32,988 bases of DNA, from NCBI RefSeq assembly GCF_001194135.2, contig NC_068982.1, positions 63,813,088 to 63,846,075 of the forward strand, in the 5' to 3' direction. Position 1 is the first letter of the stretch; each line of letters begins with the position of its first letter. The notes below the pieces were generated by a model. It ran no database searches. It was not told the origin of the DNA and saw nothing but the letters and a program-made list of their open reading frames with translations. A program made the translations under genes and the position numbers. This DNA comes from Octopus bimaculoides (lineage: Eukaryota). Below, one piece after another: positions 23,716-32,988 of the stretch.

Positions 23716-24788
23716 ACTTTCTCAGTTTCTCTTGGTTCTCTGGGCAGAAAGCTCTTGGTGTCGCTTAGTTTCACGGATTTCTCCTCACTCCACCTATCAG
23801 TCTAACGGCTTTTCTTTCTGCGCCTCCTTTGGAGTACAACTCCACAGTAACTTTGTTGTGTTCGAGTGTCATTAGGACTTAGATGTCCATTTTTGCGCCA
23901 CCAGACAATATGCCTGTGCTCTACCGCAAATGTGACGACCAGCTGCTGGTCAACATTCTTACCAATGACCTTGGATTTGACCCGTGTATTCCACCAACCA
24001 GCCAGTGAAAAGTGGCTCGATGTGGGTCCTAAAGATCGGGAATACATTTCCATATTCCAACCCCGACTGATGGAAGTGACAACGTTCTACACATCAACCA
24101 AGACCTCCTTCAACTGTGCTTTTTGATAGCATATAAGGCATATGAAAACCCTTTTAATTTTGGGCAAGCCAGAGATATGTTATCTTTTTCCTTGTACGTT
24201 CGAGTATATAGTACTCAGGCAAAAGGTATTATTTTTCATAAAAAATATTTCTCGTGTATATTTGTCCGAAGCCGACGTATGTCTCCGTAACTCGCCGTGA
24301 TAGCAAAACTACTGCTATTACTACTCACAGCATTAGCAAATTTTTTTTTTTTTTTTTCGTTTCTCGTAGGTTTGAACGCTTGCCGTATCTCTTGTTCAGT
24401 TTTACTCATTCACTGGGATTTTTCTGTTTATCGTTCTTGAATTCTGATTTAATGTTTTCACATAATTTTGCTTTAGGGGCGTGATCGTGCTCCATGTTTG
24501 CAGTAAATACCACTCACAATTATTACAGAAAAGAAACCATAAAAAAATAATAAAATACGAGTAAACGACTGCTTACAAATATTGACTATAAAAAGAGCAA
24601 ACCTTATCTTCCCACCCAAACTAAATGGAGTCACGATGTCAGTGTTCAAAAGCTTTCTATCAACAAAATAATCTAACGAAATTTTCCCCTTTAATTACAA
24701 CGTAGTAAATACGAGCTGTACTTGACAAGTCCGTTCACCTTAAATATAACAACTACATCAATGGAACAAACATTACCATTACGACGAC

Positions 24789-24821
<33 letters not shown>

Positions 24822-24823
24822 TA

Positions 24824-24920
24824 AGGCCTTCGTAGAGAAAACTGTCCCTGTTCCCACTGCAAACGACGACACACAGCATTACAAACACGGCCCGCACATC
24901 CACCTTCACATTCCATGACT
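24824..24920 (+). mobile_element. Second copy of the Gypsy integrase tail
   Basis: 24824-24887 matches the reverse complement of 19256-19318 at 58/64; reads KAFVEKTVPVPTAN. Preceded by (TAA)n at 24789-24818. Confidence 0.75.
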
Positions 24921-24928
24921 ACCATTGA

Positions 24929-25118
24929 GATCGATCAGGTACCGGACAAGGATTCTGGATTATTTTGAGAACAGTCGGGTTCATTTTTAGTATTCTCGTT
25001 TGTGAGAGCAATAGAGTTTATTTAAGATATTCTCGTTTTAAAAATCATTTCCGGCTAATCGTTGAGAGGACGTTGGTGCTGCCTTGGCGGAGGTTTGCGC
25101 TCTCTGAGTGCTCTTGTT
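24929..25118 (+). mobile_element. HINE / DINE-1-like element, 3' half
   Basis: Core at 24929-24965; 3' subterminal repeat gccttggcggaggt (25081-25094); hairpin gcgctc-tct-gagtgc (25097-25111); ends in tcttgtt. Confidence 0.75.
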
Positions 25119-25122
25119 GTTG

Positions 25123-25180
<58 letters not shown>

Positions 25181-25578
25181 GATCCGATTGAATTTCATTT
25201 TATTTCATCTTCTTACCGGATCTCAACCAGAGACCTAAGGCACGTATATATTAGATAGAGAGAAACTTCCTGAGAATGTGGGCGATTGATGTCAACACAA
25301 TTTTTTGAGTCTCCTACATTGTTGGTTTCCAAGGGATCTGGTCAAAAAACTTGTCACTACGTTTCTTGGTCATTCCCAAGGCTCCTACAACAACACGTCC
25401 TAGATATCTCAATCGCAAGGTCTTTATATTTCGACAGTTTTTCAAATTCCTTTGCTGAGCGGTTTCTATCAGTAGGTACTGTCATTTCAATGAACAGTCA
25501 TGTTCTTTGTTTTAGGTCTCTGATGACGATATCTGATCTGTTATCATTTATTTGCTTGTGTGTATGTATCCCATTAAG
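25119..25578 (-). mobile_element. R4/Dong-like LINE 3' end: RLE domain, 3' UTR and (TAA)n tail
   Basis: NRSDIVIRDLKQRT*LFIEMTVPTDRNRSAKEFEKLSKYKDLAIEISR..VVVGALGM...TQKIVLTSIAHILRKFLSI*, followed on the same strand by (TAA)n at 25180-25126. Confidence 0.85.
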
Positions 25579-25804
25579 GTGGTGAGCTGGCAGAATCGTT
25601 AGCACACTGGACGAAATGCTTAGCAGTATTTCGCCCGTTGCTCCATTCTGAGTTCAAATTCTGCCGAGATTGACTTTACCATTCATCCTTTCGGGGTCGA
25701 TAAAATAAGTACCAGCTGAACACTGGGGTCAATGTAATCGACTCATTCCCTCCTACAGACTTGCTGCCCTTGTGGCAAAATTTGAAACCATTGTTGTTGT
25801 TGTT
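25577..25804 (+). mobile_element. SINE family B, near full length
   Basis: ggtggtgagctggcagaatcgttagc...gagttcaaattctgcc...ggggtcgataaaataagtaccag...tttgaaacca plus (TTG)n. Confidence 0.85.
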
Positions 25805-25844
25805 CATACTATTTCTAGATAAACACAAGATTATAAAATTAGGA

Positions 25845-25960
25845 CTCAGGGAGTGACCGATTATATTGACTCCAGTATTTGGCTGATGCTTTATCGACCC
25901 CGGAAGAGTCAAATGCAAAAGTGACTAGGCAAGATTTGAGTTCAAAACGTAGAAAAGAAG
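25845..25960 (-). mobile_element. SINE family B, degenerate partial copy
   Basis: Reverse complement ttttgaactcaaatc...ccggggtcgataaa...actggagtcaatataatcgg aligns to 25647-25750. Confidence 0.6.
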
Positions 25961-27352
25961 ATCGTGTGATCAGCTGGTAATCACATACGATAGCCACAAC
26001 AAAATAATAGTAAATACAGCTGTATGTCATTGAATTATGACTAATCATGAAAAACGATCAAATAAGGAGGTAGGTGTCCTGTTTAGGCACAGAGCCACAG
26101 GTAGGAATGATATTGTGTGGTTAAAGGACGGATGAATATCAAGTGACAGAATAAGAATTACTAATGTATTATATGTAATTTATGGGATAGGTCAATGTGC
26201 CTGTGACTAATGGCTATTTTACCCCAAATATTCTTTATAGCCATTCACACGCACCAAATCCGGGACGTATTTTTTACTTTAAAAATCATTTGGAAATTTT
26301 AAGCAATGCGCAGAGCATTCGAATGAAACCTCATTTGTCATTAATAATTGCATGAGCGACCAATCTTTAAGTGTATATTTTGCGTTGTTGCATATATACC
26401 TACAACCGATTTGTGTTCACGCAAACGACCTAACACTCATGAAAATGGATGGCAATTTTCTGTTATTAGAAAAAGAGGATATTTATATTTATTCCACATT
26501 GAAGAATTTATAAGTTATAGCAATGAAACAGAAGTGACTCCATGATGAAATACTTACTTATGTTTTACCCGAAATCTCGAAATGCTGCTTCACAATTTCC
26601 TGCTGTCGTTTCTGAAATTAAAACCTGTTCTAACAAAAAAAAAGGATGGATGCTCACAAGTGGAACGCTTTTAACCATCGGTCTACTCGATCAGCGTTTA
26701 CCAAGAGCTAAAGAACAGCTCGAAACCCTGTTCCAATGTAGGAACTAGTATTTAGTTATATTTTATCATGTATTCTTACTAATTGTGATTCTCCACTAAG
26801 ATCATTCAATATTTATGCTCACTGTATTTATAGATAATAGAAAGCAATTATTTACACCGGATAGTAGTTAAGTGGAATAATAAGAAACTTTGTGTCAAAT
26901 AATGTTAGTAACGAAAACATTTGCGAAATTCTTTATTAATGTGGTGACTGTGTTAGATGTAATTGTATTACATATCGGCAGCAGAATATTAGCTGAACGA
27001 TAGCAAACAGAATGAAAACAATGGAGTGTTAAACAATATTCACCAGCTTTTGTGGATTTCGTGCCACTCATCAAATTTTCTATTTAATGTATTTCAAACT
27101 AATGACACTGGACGAGTGAATAACACTTCCGAATCCTGGTTCACTGACTATAAGTTCGCATGCCTATTCCTGAGTTGAGCTATGATCCTTGATACCCTTG
27201 ATACAGGTTTTCAGACTGAAACAGCGCCACAAACAAACAAAGTAGATATTTGATCATTATAAAGATATAACGACATCGCGGTACAAATACTTCTTATGTT
27301 TCTATCATGAAGAGACAAAAGCCAATTGCACTCCTCTTTCTTGATGTACAGA

Positions 27353-27543
27353 ATATTGGTTTCAAATTTTGGCTAAAGGCCAGCAATTGCGAGGGAGGGC
27401 GTAACCGGTACTTATTTTATTGACCCCGAACGATGAAAGGCAAATTCAACCTCGGTGGAATTTGAACTCAGAATGTAAAGACGGATGAAATGCCGCTAAG
27501 CATTTTATCCGGCACAGTAACGATTCTGCCAGCTCACCGCCTT
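27353..27543 (-). mobile_element. SINE family B
   Basis: ggtacttattttattgaccccgaa...ggaatttgaactcagaatg...cgattctgccagctcaccgcc is the reverse complement of family B. Confidence 0.85.
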
Positions 27544-28173
27544 CTTAATGTACAGAATGTTGATTTCTAAATTTAGCAGGAGGCACCAAATTCTTCGACA
27601 GCAATAATTCGCCTATCACCACCCAATATGCCACAACTATCAATGATTATTGACCTTTAACATTTGTAAGACTTGGGGGCTAATTATCTGCGAAGTGCCA
27701 TCATTTCAGATGCGTGGACTTGGAACCAGGGGAAAGTAAATGTATTGCTCCACAAGGTCACCCGACAACCGTGTTGTTAATCGAACTAATGACCTTATGT
27801 TTGTGAGTATAACATGAAGTTAGGCTGTTAGGCTCACGTTTCAAATTTTGCTGATGCTTATTTTAGATCAGAACGGAAAAAATATGTATCTAAGTACTGA
27901 AAACATTTTGTATCACCATACTGCTAGCATTGGTCCACGCGCATTAACATTTCAAAAATGAACTTCATTCAAGTTTTTGTTTTTTTTTCCTTTTCTCAAA
28001 TGGTTAACTGATTAAGTTAAGAAGGATATAATTTTGACAGACTTGTGATACTGAAGTGACTGTCTATCGATTTACTACTTGAAGATATTTACTTCTTGGA
28101 TAAAATCTTATCAACTTCCGAGTCAATGTGGGAACAGCAGGTTCCCTCAGTATTTTATGTTATCTAATAGCAG

Positions 28174-29830
28174 TCAAATTTCCTTGAAATTTTTTAAGTA
28201 TGGAATGACACATTTATAAAGTGTCCGGAGAAGGATAGGATGGTCACAAATAAGACAACTTTCACATAGCTTTGTTCTATGAAAACTGATTTGAGGTTTA
28301 ACAATAATTACAACAAATCTAGTGAGAGCGGGGGTAGAGAACGTGAGAGGTAGTGCAATATTTGTATACCTGTTGTATTTCTCAATATTCACGTCAACCC
28401 TATAAACATCGTTAATAGCCGACACATGTCGACACTTTTTCCATTCACTCCTGAGTATTAAAAAAAATTACGTGCGTTCTTTTTTTCTTTCGAAGTTATC
28501 AATGTGAGCTCGATAATCTTATTACAATTTATACTTGGGTATCTAATATGCCAATTTTTCTTGGGCAATGGAACTTGATTTACAACATAGGAGAGACACC
28601 ATGTCAATTTATTGTAATAAATTTAGCTGTATGTTGTAGGTGTGGATCCTGTGCTGCAATAAAAATCATTCGGTCACGGCTGTGAGTTATGCGCTTCTCA
28701 ACCGCTGCTGAGATTCTTCTCCGTTTTAATCTTATCAGATATTAGTCTTGTAGGCTGTTTTCTTGCAACCGTCTAAGATAGAAATTTCTATCTTAGTTTT
28801 TTTTTAACAAATTTTGTTGTTATTTAGGCATTCTCTTCACATCGATCTGTTACCTTAGCCTCTCTTTTATATTTATTGGCTTCCTTGAGAACAAGTTTCT
28901 GTTCTGTTCATGTTTTATAATTATTTGTGCTTGTTTTCTTTATCCTTTACTGGATAATTTTGTAGTCCTATGATAGATTATCATAATTTTCGTGATTGTG
29001 AAGGCTCTTCCTTCTTCTATTCGTAGTAAATATAAGTTTGCTGAGGGGAGCTTTAGAAAAAATGCATTGCTCTTGATGTACTGAGTTCAAATTCCGCCAA
29101 GATCAACTTGGCCTTTCATATTTCTGGGGTCGATGAAATAAATTGCCAGTCAAGTATCGACAACACTCTTGTTTCAAACGTGCTAGCCGTGTGCCCTAAA
29201 TTAGAAACGATTGTTTTTTGTTTTGTTTTTTCTTGCTTTCTTGCCCGGTCTTGTTAATTCATTTAGTGTCCAGGCAAGAATATCATAACTATAACTTATT
29301 AATGAAGCAACTAATGTATCGATTCCTAATATTCTATTCATAATATTAAATGTTTAAAGTACTAACTTTATGTCTGTAAAATCTTTTGTTGAGTTTGTGC
29401 GTTGTACTCAGTGAAGTTCATTAAATCCTTAGTATGCGTAAGTCTATGCTTAGAATTCTCATGCCATTCATTCTTTATCTAACATTGTATTAGTGGTATT
29501 CATTCATTCTTGTTCTTTCGAACTCGCTTTAGCATATTCTTCTAAACCGAATTCCATATAATTTATTCTACTGTCTCTTCTGGGTTGTAACTTGAGGTCA
29601 TCCAGATATAAAGGATAGTTTATTGTTCCTCCCATCGCATTTATATTCGAATCCAGTTTGTTTAACATGTTAGCTAGAGATACTAAAAGGAAAGAAATAG
29701 ATAGAAGGAATCTCTTTGAAATATTCATCTAAGATATTTCGTTCTTAAAAGAAATTCGCTTTCAAAATTCCCTTTTCCTTGTTGTACCTGCAGAATTGTT
29801 TATTCATGATATGTTTGATGTATATAAACA
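28174..29830 (-). mobile_element. Decayed R4/Dong-like LINE, RT to C-terminus, interrupted by a SINE
   Basis: Collinear remnants: TINYPLYLDDLKL...MEFGLEEYAKAS; KLVL...GIDTLVASLISYSYDILAWTLNEL..KKARK; LYLLRIEEGRA; QRLRSA*LTAVTE*F.IAAQD. The 28480-28174 part (EKYNRYTNIA) is only weakly RLE-like. Confidence 0.7.
29075..29215 (+). mobile_element. SINE family B, degenerate, nested in the Dong-like LINE
   Basis: ctgagttcaaattccgccaagatcaacttggcctttcatatttctggggtcgatgaaataa...ttagaaacgatt. Confidence 0.65.
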
Positions 29831-30923
29831 AAAACACTTGCATTACGGGCTCGCAAACTCTTCTGTCTAAAGAGAATTCTTTTACCATCACCCATCCCCA
29901 CCATCCGTTATTTATCTTTATCATGTGACTCTACCCATCCCTTTCGTGCCATGTGTTCTAACTAACTCACTTTGGCAGATTTTACCTGTTTTTTTTTACA
30001 CCTCACCTCTGTGGAATTTACTACTTCTTCACATCCAGCGTATGTTTTTAAAAGAAAGTCTTTTTCTTTCTTCCGAGAGAAACGCTTTATACTCTGGTTA
30101 ACCAGTACTATTCTATCGCAATCCTCTTGCGTCACCCAGCTTCCTTTACAAGTTACTCTCCATACATAGGACACTCCTACCACAAATGCGTTGTGATTTT
30201 TTAAATAATTTTTCTCCGCTTACAGAACGCGTAAATTTTTATTTTAGTGTTTTATAGTAATTAATTTATCTCCAATTTTTCTTTTATTTTCCTCACTCCT
30301 CTAGTCGCTTTGAGCGCGCACCTTTTTCTCATTTTCGCTTCTCTTATTCATACCTTCCTTCCATGTAACAGCGTCTCACACCCACATTCTTGAACCCACT
30401 TCCGTCAAACACTCTATTCGCGCCTGCTTCCACCACCTCAATTCCACGCTTTCCTTACACACGCACACACGCACACACCAAAACCTCACAACCTCATTTA
30501 TCCGCTCCACAATATTTCTGCACTTGTAAACCTCTTCTCAAGAATATATATACACCAAAAAAAAAAAAAAACAAATACACACCCCTCTCACATATACCCC
30601 TCTCTAAATACGGTTAGACTTTACCTGAAGGCATTTCTATTGTTTGCCATGCCACTTAAAACTACAACGTCAATCCAAGAGGTTTTATAGCTATAAAGCT
30701 ATAAGATAGCATTCTAAAAACATTGTATCTATCTTGTTTATGCATACACGCGTGTGCGTATGTGTATCTGTCTGTCTGTCTGTGTGCGTGTATACGTATG
30801 CGTTACCAATGACGAGGAAACTTAAAACTAGTAGCGAAAGCATTGTACATTGTAATACCAAGATACGTCATGTTCGTTAATGAGTGACAGCTGTAAATGT
30901 TCATACATACATATATACATACA

Positions 30924-31218
30924 TTTACATATATACCAATAATAATTGGTGCAATAAGTTTTGTGAATAAATGCCTAAGTGATAATCTGGAAAAGTTGGA
31001 GTTTCTAGAAAAGGAAATCAATATGCAAACTGTAAGCAGCGCAGTTAATATATGCGTGACTTTTCCCATGGTGAGAGTGCGAATGGTTCTTGTTAGCTGC
31101 ATTCCAGCGATAAAGCTTTATGTCTTATGTTAAAAGCCGACTATTTCCTTACAAGAAAGACTTGCATTAATTAAAACAGAAGAGAACACATACATACGTA
31201 CATACATACATACATACA

Positions 31219-31247
<29 letters not shown>
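30924..31247 (+). mobile_element. Divergent RLE LINE 3' fragment ending in (CATA)n
   Basis: FTYIPIIIGAISFVNKCLSDNLEKLEF..QTVSSAVNICVTF is homologous to the 1.4-kb and 18.4-kb copies; (CATA)n at 31188-31247. Confidence 0.6.
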
Positions 31248-31250
<3 letters not shown>

Positions 31251-31299
31251 CACAAGCACACGCGCACACACACACACACACATAAATATATATATCTTT

Positions 31300-31902
31300 T
31301 ATTTTTTACTTGTTTCAGTTATTAGACTGTGACCATGCTGGGGCACCGCCTTGAACAATTATTTTAGTCGAATGAATCGACCATAGTACTTATTTTTCGT
31401 TAAGCCTAGTACTTATACGGGGACGTAAACACACCAACACCGGTTGTCAAGCAGTGGCGGTAAACTGACAAAAACAGAAACACACACACACACACACACA
31501 CACACANNNNNNNNNNNNNNNNNNNNNNNNNNNNNNNNNNNNNNNNNNNNNNNNNNNNNNNNNNNNNNNNNNNNNNNNNNNNNNNNNNNNNNNNNNNNNN
31601 NNNNNNNNNNNNNNNNNNNNNNNNNNNNNNNNNNNNNNNNNNNNNNNNNNNNNNNNNNNNNNNNNNNNNNNNNNNNNNNNNNNNNNNNNNNNNNNNNNNN
31701 NNNNNNNNNNNNNNNNNNNNNNNNNNNNNNNNNNNNNNNNNNNNNNNNNNNNNNNNNNNNNNNNATATATGACGGGCTTCTTTCAGTTTCCGTCTCACAA
31801 GGCTTTGGTCGGCCCGTGGCTAATAGTAGAAAACATTTGCCCAAGATACCACTCAGTGAGACTGAACTCGGAATCATGTGGTTGGGAAGCAAGCTTACTT
31901 AC
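31300..31902 (-). mobile_element. SINE family A, head plus internal microsatellite plus 3' domain (spans a gap)
   Basis: 31765-31902 is the reverse-complement head and 31300-31490 the 3' domain, with (CA)n and the gap between. This links the head and tail fragments seen elsewhere into one family. Confidence 0.85.
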
Positions 31903-32782
31903 TGTATAAGGGATAATATTATCAATGAATGAAACAGTCATCTAAATGCTTAAAAGCCCCAGATTAATGTTTTGTTTCCATAGTCAAATATCCTTTAAAA
32001 TATCCGTAAAAGTCACCACAAACTGCGCTTTCTTGAACACTAGACGTCGATGCACATTTCGAAGGTTAGTTTATTCAACAATATTTCTATTTGGCCTGAA
32101 GCCAGGTTGAAAAATTAGCATTAATTCCTAGTCCTGCGAGTAATGCTCGATTAAAAGGCTTGTCGCTTGTGCACAAGTGATAATTCTCTTTCTGCTTCAT
32201 GTTATGACCATTTGGGGTAATCAGTATTATAGATGTTCTACACTGTAATATTACTCTATACTAGACGTTAATGGAGCAGCCTTTCTACCGATGATAGTCT
32301 AGCTACGGAATTGTCAGTGATCCACATTCAACATGAGAGGGAGATATGCGGTTATCTTCTAAAGCGTTTACAACTGCTATAGTGCAATAGTGTATGACGA
32401 ACGACTCACAAAAAACATGCACAGAAAATTAGCAATGTTTATGCAACCTACATTACAACATTGCTGCATGGTGACAGCTGTTTAGTTTGCTGAGTACTTA
32501 GAATGTAAAAATATATAAGTGAGTTCATGGTTGATTGAGTCAAGTGATGTATTTATAAGTACTGTGTGTAAATGAGTTTATTTAACTTGCCGTGTGTGAC
32601 TGTTTTACGTATAAGAATGTGTGACTATTTTTACATATAAGAGTGCGTGATTATATGTTAATATGTGTATGTGGGTGGGTGTATGTGTGTGTATGCGGTT
32701 AAGTGTTTAAGTGCATGTTGAATACATCTGATATAATAAATGAAAATTATAATTTTTAATGATGAAATATATATTCTTTTAC

Positions 32783-32988
32783 TCTTTTACTTGTTTCAGT
32801 CATTTGACTGCAGCCATGCTGGAGCACCGCCTTTAGTCGAGCAAATCGACCCCAGATCTTATTCTTTGGAAGCCTAGTACTTATTCTATCGGTCTCTTTT
32901 GCCGAACCGCTAAGTTACGGGGACGTAAACTCACCTCCATCGGTTGTCAAGCGATGTTGGTGGGACAAACAGACACACAAACATACAC
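32783..32988 (-). mobile_element. SINE family A, 3' domain, cut by the window edge
   Basis: Reverse complement of 50-218 plus the internal segment missing there. Confidence 0.85.

Larger units (their letters stand above)
1052..31764. other. Seven assembly gaps: 1052-1188, 2001-2146, 7452-8143, 10034-10628, 13867-14394, 16821-17004, 31507-31764
   Basis: Runs of N, mostly next to microsatellites. ORFs spanning them are not real long ORFs. Confidence 0.99.

Noticed and set aside
24339-24480. Poly-T tract with an AG acceptor near a small CpG-containing patch
   Set aside because: No open frame or donor site that forms a credible exon.
26200-27300. About 1 kb without an assigned element
   Set aside because: Short ORFs show no motifs and I found no internal repeats or termini; it cannot be called from sequence alone.
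25250-29830. Idea that the Dong-like RT relic (28174-29830) and the RLE tail (25119-25578) are one element split by 2.6 kb of insertions
   Set aside because: The upstream relic seems to carry its own decayed C-terminus at 28174-28480 and is much more degraded than the RLE tail.
29840-30185. Possible RTE relic (SWVTQEDCDRI...LEHMAR)
   Set aside because: Similarity too weak to support a call without a profile search.
1-32988. The same SINE family sits at both window edges in inverted orientation, like giant TIRs
   Set aside because: The family has at least six fragments in this window alone, the two copies differ by an internal deletion, and both are cut by the window boundary. Coincidence is sufficient.

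Overview
Eukaryotic, AT-rich, microsatellite-dense DNA with seven assembly gaps. It is most likely from an octopus or other cephalopod; this is my recognition of the two tRNA-derived SINE families, not a database result. I found no supportable host protein-coding gene, rRNA, tRNA gene or CRISPR array. Most long ORFs in the track come from N runs or microsatellites. The window is a stack of decayed transposons: RTE LINEs, R4/Dong-like RLE LINEs, two Penelope-like elements (PLEs), a Helitron helicase, mariner and maT-like transposases, Gypsy integrase tails, a Helentron-type non-autonomous element (HINE), a long-TIR MITE and many SINEs. The best leads are: (1) two partial copies that together imply a composite HINE carrying a captured Gypsy fragment between duplicated cores; (2) a PLE nested in a LINE 3' end with a 13-bp duplication and a degenerate hammerhead ribozyme; (3) a second hammerhead relic at 659-736; (4) a 390-bp foldback MITE. 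All alignments and counts were done by eye. Nothing here establishes a new host biological system.
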